Below, piece after piece: positions 1 to 12,203 of a DNA stretch of 64,000 nt. The position numbers and the translations under genes were made by a program. The stretch's first letter is position 1, and each line of letters opens with the position of its first letter. The notes below the pieces were generated by a model. That model worked only from the letters and a program-made list of their open reading frames with translations, searched no databases and was not told where the DNA came from. The stretch is taken from contig CP075494.1 in the NCBI GenBank assembly GCA_021613535.1, positions 372,001 to 436,000 of the forward strand, written 5' to 3'. Source of the DNA: Adineta vaga. Its lineage: Eukaryota; Animalia; Rotifera.

Positions 1-269
1 TTGATCCAGATATCGGTAAAAATCTATTTGGTTCTGGGATATCGGAATTTTTTCTTATATGGTTTACCATTTGGATTACGTACGGTTTCAGAGCGAAAGG
101 CATCACAGACAAAATTACCGAAACAGAAACCACAACAATTGATACAGTAACAGGTCGTGTTGAGACAAAATTTAAAAGGAGATCCTTAAGAAACACGCTT
201 ATCGGTATGTCAGATGATGATTCTTCTGAATGCTATAATATCCTTGTTGTTATGAACACGCGCTTCTGA
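1..269 (+). CDS. 3' end of a membrane-protein gene running in from the left edge
   Basis: Open frame from nt 3 (DPDIGKNLFGSGISEFFLIWFTIWITYGFRAK...VVMNTRF*) to TGA 267-269, with a hydrophobic stretch; family not recognised. Confidence 0.45.
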   Translation, partial: DPDIGKNLFGSGISEFFLIWFTIWITYGFRAKGITDKITETETTTIDTVTGRVETKFKRRSLRNTLIGMSDDDSSECYNILVVMNTRF

Positions 270-373
270 TGTGTAAGTTTTAAGGTGAAGTTTTCTGGCT
301 CCCCTCTCGTCGCAGTTCCCTCCATTATAGGCCCCTTTCGCCCTCCCCATTGCATACAACTGTACAATACAGG

Positions 374-423
374 TAGGGTGGGTGTGGGTGTTTCTTCTTC
401 CTTCACCGTCACCCACCCACAAG
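374..423. repeat. Head-to-head telomere-repeat element (HTE)
   Basis: tagggtgggtgtgggtg-tttcttcttcctt-caccgtcacccacccacaag. Confidence 0.8.
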
Positions 424-789
424 AAAAAACGAAAACATCGAGAAGTGCGCCGATGAGATAATGACAAGCTCTTTTAAAGTTTTTAAAAAATGCAAAGGAC
501 AGTCGAGCAGAATGAACTCTCCGCAAAAAAGAAATTTCATAAAATTTTATTGACTTAAAAATATTGTAAATAAATTATTTGTTTTCAGTTGAAAATTCGG
601 CAAAATCAGTGGTCTTCGTCTTCCATATTTAGACAAGATCTAGGTTGTTATTTTTTCTCTGTTTCAGCGTCTTAAAAAAAACTATACGTTGTTTTCTTAT
701 TTATTAAAAACTTTAGAAAAGACGCAAAAACGGATCTGTCTCAGTAAGAAGCACATGTCTTCGCGTATTATCAGTCACAATTTTTTTTC

Positions 790-1041
790 TTGCAGAAAAA
801 TACAAGTACGTCTTTTATTTTTTTAGTCTCGATTGTAGTCGCGCTCGTTGCTGCAAGTTATTTCTTTATTATCATCCATGAGATATTTATTATCTACAAA
901 AGAGTACAACATCGTAATGGAAATGAACCAAACTATTGTGACCGTCTTCTCTACAACAGTGCATTTGCCTTACTAATTCTTTCATATATAATGATTATAG
1001 TTGTACCTATTTGGGCCTATTTGATAGAGAAAACACGTTGA
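790..1041 (+). pseudogene. Two-TM membrane protein exon or fragment
   Basis: 83-aa ORF with two hydrophobic helices, preceded by an acceptor-like ttcttgcag; no clear start. Confidence 0.3.
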
Positions 1042-1447
1042 AAGCAAAGTGAATCGGCTTAGTCAAGCAATGATCAGAAATTTTAAATTATTGTTGCTGT
1101 GATAAGAAGTTTTTTTATATTGTTAACACATTCAATACGACGGATCCCACCCGTGGGACCGGCTATATTTTAGAAAGAAAATGAGTAGAAAAGCACTTTC
1201 TTTTTCTTTTTTTCTTCGGTCAGAAGATTATCTGTAGTATATCATATATTTTGTCGAGTCTTTCTTCAAACATTTATTATATAGAATGGGACTCATATCG
1301 CCATGTGTCTGAATAGTGCATCATTTAATGTGGCTACTCATTCTTTTGGTAGATGTAACCTGATGAAATTGTTAAGACCAATAAAAACTGAAGAATTCCC
1401 CACGGCTTCTTAAAATTTTAGGACGATACAATTACACGTCTATTTGT

Positions 1448-1523
1448 ATCTTGAGGATAGAGGGTGTGGGTGTCGGTGAAGAGATACTAACATCCTCACC
1501 CTCAATCCCACTCATACGCTCAA
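1448..1523. repeat. HTE with ATCTTGAG...CTCAA ends
   Basis: atcttgaggatagagggtgtgggtgtcggtg-aagagatactaa-catcctcaccctcaatcccactcatacgctcaa. Confidence 0.85.
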
Positions 1524-1674
1524 AAAAACGATAAAAAATAAGAAAACCCTTTTTTCCTAAACATAGTTGAATTCGTAATGATTAACCAAATTCGTATTCA
1601 TAATATTACTCAAGATTTGTAGATTTACTCTTAGCAATAAAACACTCTCGAATTCAGAAATTGTGGGTGGGTGG

Positions 1675-2427
1675 TAGGGATGTGCGGTGTCGAATAACGG
1701 AGCACTGACAAACACCGCCGATAAGTTCACTGTTCACTGATAGTTCACCGTCAGTATTTTACTGATCCTCGATGAACACTGACACCGATAGCACTGGAAC
1801 ACCAATGCTTTTTTTTATTACTGACCACTGATGCACTGATACTCTCGGTGCACTGATGATGTCAGCGGCGCTGATTTCACTGACACATCTATGTTAATGT
1901 TTATGTTTATTGCTTGTAGTTCCTAGGCGGACCATCATGACATCTTTAATACGAAATATCGAAATATGTTGAATAGTTTTATCGGCTGAGAGACTAGATC
2001 AGCTGGATTTTACTACTTCCTATGTCTACATTTCGTTAATTATAATCGCCGAAAGACGGGTTTCTTTTGTTTAGTTCACGACTGTCTTTATCTCCGTATA
2101 CATTAAGTTATGTTTCTTTTACCGAAGATGTAATGATTATTTTTATAAAACTCTTCAATGATATTTTTTTTCGTTGTGTCTCTAAAATAAAACGTTGATT
2201 CATCTCTTGAAAACCATATTCATCTGACCTGTGAACGTGTTCTATCGATTCTAACCACTCCTTACTATAAAATGTACAATCAAATCAATGATAAAATGTC
2301 AGCAAAATCAGTGTCCCTGGCATTGTCAGCGAAGTCACTGGCACTGGCATCGTCAGTGCACCGAGAGAGAGTATCAGTGTAACAGTTTCAGTTTCTTCAG
2401 TATTGCCACTGACGCCGCACATCTCTA
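1675..2427. mobile_element. Non-autonomous hAT-type element inserted inside an HTE
   Basis: TIRs tagggatgtgcggtgtc / gacgccgcacatctcta; perfect 8-bp TSD gtgggtgg (1667-1674, 2428-2435); many subterminal CACTGA/TCAGTG motifs. Confidence 0.85.
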
Positions 2428-3029
2428 GTGGGTGGGTGTGGATGTGAAGAAGATATATCCACACCCACCCTATCGTTTTTTAACAACGTCCATTTCTCAT
2501 GGGACAAAGTGTTCATGTGCAACATCTTCAACATGTATTGAACATGTGTATGTTAATAATACAATTGTATCACTTCTTCGATTGACTCTTTCTTGCCTTT
2601 TATAATGAAACATGTCTTCAGTTGATCAATTTTCGTAATTTATCTTCAATTGTTCCACTTGATACTTCACAACTAAGTGAATATTATCCTAATAGTACAG
2701 TAGATCCAATAGTCATAGGTGAATTCGTTGAAAAATGGATTATGAATATATCGTAATCAGATTATTTCTCAACATGTGCTCCTTGAGCATGTACTTATTC
2801 AATATCAAAACGAAAAAATGTTCTCAATGTAATTACTATTCTGTTGGCTCTTTATGGAGAATTGACATTAATTCTTCGTATAATTGTTCCTTGGATTGTG
2901 ACTTGGTCAGAGAAAATATTCGACTTTATTTGTCAACATCATAATAATCGTGTTATTCTATTTTCTTAACTCATATGTCAATTTGTTTCTCATCCTCGCA
3001 TAATTGATGTGCTCTGGAAAGAAACGAAG

Positions 3030-5500
3030 GTAATGTGTAATAAACTAGAAAAAAAAATCCCGAAAAGAAAATCTCGAAAAAAAAAGTCCGAAAAAAGAAA
3101 CCTCAAAAAAAGTAAAGATCGAAAAGCTAAAATCTCGAAAAATTTGTTTTTAGAAGAAAGAAACATCGAAAAGAGTGTATCTCGAAAAAAAATCCCGTAA
3201 TTGATAAATTTCGAAAAGAATCTTTTATTTATCGCGATATGAAATGTATTAATACAATGAGCGACAAATGTATACTTCTATTTTCAATTTCTATTTCGAA
3301 AAATCATAATAAAGAACTAATAAAATATAAAAATATAGCAACAGTTATGAAGATGAAGACTATAATCATTTGTTTGCTCCAATCATCAATGAAAGTCCTT
3401 CGATTAATTCATCGAGATTTATTTGCCCTTGATTAAATTTCACTTGAAGCGAAGAAATTCGTTCTTGTCGAAGAAGAACTTTTTGGCATCTATTCTTCTT
3501 TTGTCCTGTAATCATTTTCAGGAAAAGTTGACGTACAAGAACTTCTTCCTTCTTTAAACAGTCAAACAAATGCCATACATTTGGATTAAATTTCGATACT
3601 AATCGGTTGAATTTGTGGTTCCAGCCTATATGATACATCAAAGACAGTCAGAAAGAAAGAAAAAATGAATTACCTTCCACGAAATTATTGGTTCTCAATT
3701 CAACATCAGAAACATTCCATAACGTCCATTTTACCTTTGTCATCCAGTACCGATCAAAATAATCAATTAATGGTTTTAATGAAGATGGAGCTTCACGTAC
3801 AACTTTTTTAAAAGCAGATTCAAGATTATCAATGGGAACAAGTGCCAATGCCATCAATTTACGTACACATGATCGTACACCTTCATCAGTACGATAATCA
3901 GTAGCCAATCCAAGGTGTTGTATCTGACGATGAATTGCATTTACAAAATGGAAATTACATCCCACATGACGTGTATTTGGTAGCTAAAAATGATTATAAT
4001 TAATTCAAAAGAAAGAAAAAACGCAAGAACGTACTTGATCAGCAATTGTTTTTATAAGAGCTGATTCAAAATCAGATGTAATTTTTTTCGGACGAAAATG
4101 AAGATTAAGACGAGCAGCATGCTCGGTAAGAATCGAGAACACCTCTTTGTATGTTGCTGCAGTTCGATTACCAAGAAGAGCAGTAACACACAAAAAACCT
4201 GTGGAATTTAGTTGAAAGTAGATGGTGAAAAAGGATTATATGTATAACTTACTATGATCATTTTTTATTCCGTGTATCGTGTAAACTTGATGAAAATGAG
4301 ATGGAGACGATTGAAATGTTCCATCCATCATGATATGATCAGAAGTGAACAATGTTTTCAATTGATTATCCGTTGCAAAGATAAGGATTCGATTATAAAT
4401 TTCCCCATCACGCTTCTGGACACGATCAACCAATAAATAGCGTTTACCATCATTTGTTTTTTTATACAGTGTTGGAATATCAAAGCTGACTGAAGTTGGA
4501 AGATTTGGTGTTGTTAATCGACGAGCTTGATTAAGTCCAGAATCTGGAAGATGAGAAGTATTAGATCTATCTAAACTAAAGTTATGCTTACTAGCATCTC
4601 TCGCAGAAAGAGCCATAGCAAGAGCTGGTTTAGACAGATCTGCTTTGACGAGCTCTTCATTGTAAATTTGACCAATAGCTGTTGTCTCGGTAAGAACTCG
4701 CTTTTTTACTTTCGTCATTAACTGACGAACTTCAACTCGTTCAGGCACCGGCATGTGATTATGATCATTTTTGGTGAATTTTTTAAATACATGATTTGCA
4801 TCAAGATGAACACCTGCCCAACATAATTTTTCTTCACATATCCAATATGACACCTTTTCTGTGGTTTTGTTGTGTTCGTAAATGTAACCATCAATCGACA
4901 CCAACCGTTTTTTCTTGTTACTTACCATAAAGACGATCTCAGGTTTTACACTCGTATCGCCTTCTTCCGTATCGTCTTCTTCCATGCCGATATCTTCCAT
5001 ACCGTTTTCTTCCATGTCTATTTCATCCATTTCGATTTCTTTCATGTCGATCGTGTCTTGAAGTTCAAGTAAACCAACAAAATAAGGATGGCGATGCGTA
5101 TAGACGGCCTAAAAATGATAGAATGAAACTATTTCATGTCAGACGGACAATATATATATTAAAGAAACAAAGAAAAACATTCATACGGATAAATAGTCCA
5201 GGGAACAACTGGACGGATAAAACAATCGAAAAGTTTTGATTGGCAGCAAGATTTATAAAGATTATCTATATAGTAATATGATACGCTGACATCTTTCGGG
5301 ATTTGAACATTCGGAATTATAATTTTTCGAGATAAAAAGAATTCGAAAAATTGTTTTTTCGATACTTAAAATTTCGAGATATTTGCTTTCGAGATATTAA
5401 ATTTCGAAATTTCTTTCTTTCGAAGTTTTAGCTTTCAATATTATTTTTTTCGAGATTTTTTTTTCGAGATTTTTTTTTTTCGAGCTTATTACATCAATTC
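3030..5500 (-). mobile_element. Mutator-like (MULE) DNA transposon, apparently complete
   Basis: 9-bp TSD gaaacgaag (3021-3029, 5501-5509); about 200-bp imperfect TIRs built of TCGAAAA/TTTCGA repeats; internal transposase gene. Confidence 0.93.
3366..5045 (-). CDS. FLYWCH-MULE DDE transposase (multi-exon)
   Basis: FLYWCH-like YIYE..YWICEEKLC..HNH; catalytic motifs MDGTF, SDFE, GCNFHF and RTNNFVEGWNHKFN across ORFs 4236-5045, 4005-4193, 3648-3965 and 3366-3641, separated by short GT-AG introns. Confidence 0.92.
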
Positions 5501-5632
5501 GAAACGAAGGGCCGATATAAAAGACGGGCATACTTGTTTAAATAAACAAATTGAAACACACATACAAAGTTTGACGTTACAATATCCAGAAAGTTTCGTC
5601 TTTGAAAAATACTTCTTCTTTTGTTTGATAAT

Positions 5633-6036
5633 AATACAAGTAACGCTCGCCGTGCCGACTCACTCAACCCTCGACTGCGGAGAACAAGTATTTTTAGTTA
5701 GACCCAATAGTGAAACGAATTGATCCGCCAACTTACCATACGAGAAAACCGCTTAAATGTTACTGCTGCAATGTGTAGTAACCTTCGAAAACAAAATAAT
5801 AACTTTTTCTATAAAACGATCTCACCCAACATCCCAACCGACAGTGTCACCCAACACCCCCACCCACCCACACCCTCAACTCACTCTCACTAGACCTAGC
5901 CCCATCGTACTATCAGTTTTCAACGTTTAGGATCATTTTTTTAAAAAAAATGTTTTTTTGACCTTTGACCCTGACACAAACAGACAGACAAATTATTTTT
6001 TTTCATATGACCCTCCTTACAGTCGAGGGAACTTAA
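5633..6036 (+). mobile_element. Helentron/HINE-like non-autonomous element
   Basis: Subterminal inverted repeat ccctcgactg (about 5668) / cagtcgaggg (about 6020) and a (caga)n microsatellite. Related partial copies in reverse orientation at about 9100-9195 and 57705-57755. Contains a C-rich HTE half (5848-5890). Confidence 0.55.
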
Positions 6037-6173
6037 GTAAATTATCTTTTTATTATACTTTGATCATAATAGATTTCAGTGTCGCATATTTATTTCAATA
6101 TAAAATGGAAAAAAAGCGAGTAAATGTCTGTAACTTTTTGTTTAATTGTCTCATTATTCTAGAGAAAGAAATT

Positions 6174-6968
6174 TCAATATGTACTGAATTTATGTCCACA
6201 TCCTGAACAAAATTTTCCATTTAAATCTTGTCGTAGTTTGTTACACTGTGGACAGTATGTTGAAATTGCAATGGAATAGGACGGAGGAGCATCGTTACTC
6301 TCTTGATCATAAGAAGCTTTGTTGGAAAAATATACTGATGTATTATTTCCTTGGTGATTTGAACTACCAATTTCAATTTTCAACTAAAATAAAAACAGAA
6401 TAATATTCCATAATCTTATTTGAAAAGAAAAACAAATTTACAGTTAAAATATATCCAACTACTCCCTTTTTTGAAACATGCAGTTCCCAACTGCATGGTA
6501 TTGATCTCGATGAATATTTTGCTGATTCTTCTTCAACTGTATGACGCGTTTGTTTTACACGTTTGGTAAAAAAGTAAAAAGATGAAATAATAATAATTAA
6601 TAAGCCAATTACAAACATAAGAATAACACCGATAAGTAATGCTATTCTAGATTCTGTTTGTGTGCGTACCCAGGAAACAATAAGAACCACTATTCCAACT
6701 ATCGCAGTCGTAATGGAAATAAGCCAACACATCATAAAATATTTTTTATATAAAGAAAATGATCTATTTATATTCGCAATGGATTGTTGAAATTCATCTG
6801 GATCAATAATTCCATTTAAATCTATTGGATATGTTGAATCGAATGTACCATATAAACAGTCAGCTATAGATAAATCAATAGAAAATTAAATTCAAAGTAA
6901 GAGAAAAAAAACTTACCGGAAACCAGTGGCACATGAATAACCTTCGGACTAATTGGTATATTGATCAT
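6174..6968 (-). CDS. Small two-TM protein: ERF4/golgin-A7-like N-terminal motif, PPSY motif, C-terminal zinc ribbon
   Basis: Exons MINIPISPKVIHVPLVS / DCLYGTFDSTYPIDLNGIIDPDEFQQSIANINR..two TM.. / ..PPSY..CPQC..FCSGCG. Confidence 0.65.
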
Positions 6969-7654
6969 TTTTTTATTAGTAAAGTGAAAACAATAGGTCT
7001 GCTTTTCAATATTGTCTGTGTTAAATAGAAAGAAATCTTTGATTATCTAATGTATACACAAAAAAGATAAGAAATATTGTTTTTCTTTTTCCTTTACTTA
7101 AGACGTGAAGATCTCACATTTTCCTATTTTTTCGTAAATGTGCATCGTTTACACTGCAATATCATATTGAGTCACATTTATATTAGTAAAAATGACTAAA
7201 ATAAATAGAGTGATAACTCGATGAAATTTGGTCAAGATAAGTTAATACTATGAAAACTCAAGCATTTATTTATTTACTGCATGTGTTATTTGGTCATCCT
7301 AAATTTGATTTCTAAAGAAAAAATGAATTGAGTTTCTGAATATAAATATTTCGATTGGGCTAAATTTCTTAAAGTTATGATGAATGAATAAAGTGAGGCA
7401 TAGGATTTCATTGATTAAATCCTTTAGATTCTTTCGTTGTTGTTCATCATCAACTCTTCGAAAAACTCTGTTCTTAGCTTTTGTTCTGGCTATTTATCCG
7501 TTTCTTTCTGTAAAACAACAAGGTGATATTTGTCATTTTTATTTTTCTCCTTTAAGGCACATGTTATGTTTTGTTTGCATTGGAATGGGGATTTTGTTGG
7601 CGTTGCTCTTGATGAAAAGTCTTTCCAAAATCGTTGTGCTGCGTACTGGGAACT

Positions 7655-7711
7655 GGTGTAGGTGTGGGCGCGAAAGAAGGAGAGATACACCCACACCACA
7701 CCCACACCTAG
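7655..7711. repeat. HTE about 10 bp upstream of the F-box ATG
   Basis: ggtgtaggtgtgggcgcg-aaagaaggagagata-cacccacaccacacccacacctag. Confidence 0.85.
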
Positions 7712-7720
7712 CATACGTAG

Positions 7721-9015
7721 ATGTTGAAGTTAGAATCATTACCAAATGATATTTTACTTGAATTATTTTATTATATTGATGGTATTGAACTTATTCAAGT
7801 ATTTTCTAAATTAAATATTCGTTTTAATCAACTTCTTTTTAATTTATTTAACCAATATTCATTTAATTTGTCAAAAATATTTTGCCAAACTATTTCATCA
7901 AATCATTTCATTTCAACTTTCAAATGATGATAATACTCCATATTTAATTGAACAATTTTTTTTTCATATTCATTTCGTTTAAATTCTTTTACTCAATTAA
8001 AATCACTTTCATTTTATCATATGAATTCTAATGAAATATTTGAAAAAACTTTTAATAGATTTACCATCTCTTCAACATCTTAGTCATTTAAAATTTGTTG
8101 ATTTTGAACCTAAATACTTATGTATAAAACAATTTATTAATATTATTTGGAATTTATCCAAATTGATCTATTTATCTCTTCCTAATCATACATGATATCT
8201 TGAATCTGATTTCGAACATAAATTAACATTTCATTTATCATTGAAATACTTATATATTATGTGAAATCAATTCAATATTAAATCATTGATTCATTTATTT
8301 ATCTGTACACCATATTTAGAAAATCTTTCAATAAGTATTCGTAATTGTTATATTATAGATGATTCATTAACATATTTAATACTATCATTAAAAGTACTTA
8401 ATATTGATATTCATTGTACTATACCAGAATTAAAATATATATTGAGTAATACACCGAATTTAATTTATTTAAAAATCTCGACTGATTCATTGAATATCAT
8501 TGGATATATATGGGAAGAAATACTTTGTAATTATTTACTAAAATTAAAAATATTTCATTTAGAAATACATAATTCAATAATTGCAGATGATAATATAGAA
8601 AATATAGCTCATGAATTACTCAATACTTTTCGAACATCATTTTGGTTAGATGAACGTCAATTATATGTTCGATGCATTTGGCAACCAGAAGATAAAATGT
8701 TTCCTGGATATAGAAATATTCTACTTTATACATTACCTTATGTTTTTAATGATTTTAATCATAAATTCCACTGATAACAAAGAAGAAATATCTCATTATC
8801 GAATTTGTTTTCCTAAACTTTATGAACTAGAACTTTTCAATATACCAGAAACAATTGAAAAATTTCCTTTAACATTTGATCAATTAAATAAATTTACAGT
8901 CTGTGATATACATCCAAAACTTCGATCAAATTTACAAATATTATTAAATCGTTCAACTCGACTTCATACTATCGAATTTATGCTTATGTATAATGATTGG
9001 CCATTTTTTTTCTAA
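7721..9015 (+). pseudogene. F-box/LRR-type gene, frameshifted
   Basis: MLKLESLPNDILLELFYYIDG F-box start; LRR-like segments and FRTSFW..YTLPY motif split over ORFs 7721-7927, 8286-8774 and 8650-9015, with stops and frameshifts. Confidence 0.75.
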
Positions 9016-9284
9016 AAATTCCATCTGTTCGACGTATTTTCGTTAGAATACTTTTTTTTCTTAATTAATAAACAATTGATTCAACTGAATAATCAAATTT
9101 TGATTCCTTCGACTGAAAGAAGCGTGTATTACGAAGAAAAAGTTACGAAAAAAATGGAAAATTCGTTTGTATGTATGTCTGTCGCAGGTCAACACTTCTA
9201 TGACTTCTACTACACTATGGGAATGCTCTTGGGTCCTTATATACTATACTAGGCGGGTACCCATGGGTCCTCATGTACTGCATA

Positions 9285-9347
9285 GTGGGTGTGGGTTAAG
9301 GGCATAGTCTCATGTACACTCACGCCCACCCTTCACCTACCCCTCAA
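9285..9347. repeat. HTE
   Basis: gtgggtgtgggttaagggc...cactcacgcccacccttcacctacccctcaa. Confidence 0.75.
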
Positions 9348-10986
9348 CGGAGCTGCGCTGACAAGATTTTTAAATACTTTAATAGATACTGAACGATAGT
9401 TAGTTATTTGCAGTTCATTCTGGTTATTTTATTCTACAACTATAAAGTTCTAAGTGTATAGAAGTCATCACATCTAAATGATTATTTTGATAACGTTCAT
9501 TTGCGACTTGTACAACGGCGAAGATATACAGAGGAAAATAAAAGAACCGACAATTAAATCAATATTTTGTGGTCAAATTATGAAAATATTGATGTACTGG
9601 ATCGATTGTGTAATTCTCTCATCGCTATTTATATTCCTTGTTTCTTTTTTGTATCATGAGATTTGTCCATATCCTGCTTTATTGTAGAAATGAACATTCA
9701 AAAGACAAATAAAAACATATAAAGCATCGAAGAAGAGGTAGGTATATTGGTTCTTGAATCTTACTCATATGGAGAAGCAATTGATATTCGGTGAAGATAT
9801 AATTTCTCACATTGACGTTTTTCTTGTTTGTTTCTGTAGTTTAAATTTCGTTGACGACGAATTTCTTCACGTTCTCTACGAGTAATATCAATACCAAACA
9901 AATATTTCAACACATCAAGAATTACAATAAAACCAATTGCTATTACTATTGCAAGAATAGCAATAAAAGCAAAAGTTTTTACAATATATTGACGAATGAT
10001 AATACTAGTTGCAATATATTCACAATGATTACCCGATGTTCCATATAAACATTCACATTTGTAATTCAAAAGTAATGGACGACAAACTCCTTTATTGAAA
10101 CATGTAATATTATCACAATAATTAATCATATGTTCACAATGAATGCCTGTACGTCCTTGTGTACAATTACAGATAAAATCAGTTTCATTTACTTCCGTAC
10201 AAATACCTAAAATATGCAAATGAATATTTTCTGACAAAATGACAATACTGATTAAACGTTGATTTAGACATGTGTTAGATTTACATGATCCAATCTTATG
10301 TTCACAATGGGTACCATTAAAACCTGGCATACATATACATCTGTAGCCAGAGAGAACATTAAGATCATCTATACAATTACCCATATTATAACACGGTTTA
10401 GTATCACATAGCTTCATTGAAATGTTACATGAGTTTCCAATGTATTTCGTATCATTACATTTTTTGATAAAAAAATAAGACGATAATGATTGTTGATCTA
10501 TCAAGAAGTCAGATAACGTAATTCTCAATCAGTTAGAATTATGATAATAATACATACTATTTAATATATTTTCTCTTTCGACAGTTGTTCTTCCAATTGG
10601 AGTAGCTTCTAAAATATATATTTGAGTTTATAATATGCTGTACAACAAAAAATACCATTTTCTTGTGTAGATAACGATATTATTTCTGTCGATCTTTTAT
10701 CTGAAACAATCAATGAATTAGTTACGATTTTCATGAAGACTAAAGAATAGTATTAGCTACCTATAGATGGATTTGGTTCGAATGTTGTCATCGTTCGAAT
10801 TGTTGCAGTAATTTTCTTTGTTGTTACTGATTGAGAGAATTTAGAAGTGTCAGATGTTGGTAAATTTTCACTTTTTGTTGTAGTTGGACTTTGTATTGCT
10901 TGTTGTTTCGTGGTAGTTTCAGTTCTTTCCGTTCTACTTGTTGGTATGGTACCTTTTGTTGACTGACTGGTGAAATCTATATCAAA

Positions 10987-11048
10987 TTGAAGATGAGTGT
11001 AGATAAAGATATGATCGATTGAGTTCACTCTGTACCCACATACTCAAG
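10987..11048. repeat. Degenerate HTE, about 10 bp from a splice acceptor
   Basis: ttgaagatgagtgtagat...cactctgtacccacatactcaag. Confidence 0.55.
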
Positions 11049-12133
11049 TGATCAAAATCTATTGGAAATTTTGAAAAATCAAGTTTTGATTTCTAACCAA
11101 AGTATCAGTAATTTTATCATGATTTTGAATGCTTTGTACTGATTTCTATCAATTTCTAATCGTCTTTAGTCGTTTTTATATCACTTTCAATTCTCTCAAT
11201 CTTTTTTCGGTCATTTCTCGTGTCTTTTATGTCAAATAATAATTTCTGATGATTTTAGGCGAAGAAATCAACCTGTTTTCCCTCTTTTTATGTGTTAATT
11301 TCAGATGACAGTCATTATTTCAAACTCATTATCGACTTTAGTATATTTTATTACATGAGTTGACTTTTTTGAAAACGTCATTTTTATCTGTAGTGCTCTA
11401 ATTTGATGATGCCGCATGATTTAATAAGATTACCTTGTCGAGGAATCGAAGTACATTCCGGTGGATATATTAAACTGGCAAAAAAATTACGATCTAATTT
11501 GAATAAATTTACATGCTCCCACGAATTATCAACCCATTTGTGCCATACCGGAAATAACAAAAACCCTGAAATGATTTTAAAATGTCTGAGTTTTGCGTTT
11601 ATTGAAAGAAAAGCTACCGGAAACTTCCACAGATTACTAAACACAAACAGCACTACGAAAAATTTACTAGAAGCTAAATTTGTAGTAAAAATAGTGAAAA
11701 GTTGCCGTTTATAGAGTATTTTAGTAACATATGGCATGTAAGAGAAGAATACATCCTATTTCGTAGTGTTGAACATTTTGTAGTCGATTCTGTATAGTAA
11801 TTCCTGTTCGGATCGATGCCTACATTTTGCAACATAGTAAAATAGGATGCATTCTTAATAAATGCAAAAGTGACAAGCTTTGAAAACTGTTTCAGAATTT
11901 TAAGCACACCTATTAATAACACATATGTTTTGCGATAGACAGTTGACTTCCAATATACTAGGAGCTCTACATCTTTATCCTCATTTTTCTCGTCGTTCAT
12001 ATAAACATTATTGTTCGTGTCAATTTTCCATCGGTTTTTCTGTGCATCAACAATTGTTCCACTATCTTTGCAGATTGCCGTACCATGCTTTGACTCATTT
12101 TCCACTAAAAATATATAATTAACATAGCATTTC

Positions 12134-12203
12134 ATCTTGAGGATGGGTGTGAGCATCGGTGAGGGTCTCTTCTACATTACCATACACGCCCACACCCACC
12201 CTT
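12134..12203. repeat. HTE inside phase-1 intron 12105-12343
   Basis: atcttgaggatgggtgtgagcatcggtgaggg...catacacgcccacacccaccctt. Confidence 0.8.

Noticed and set aside
2480-3020. Possible decayed coding sequence interrupted by the MULE
   Set aside because: Coding-like patches on the minus strand but many stops and no motif I can name.
3009-3200. Lys-rich 63-aa ORF
   Set aside because: Lies in the A-rich MULE terminal inverted repeat.
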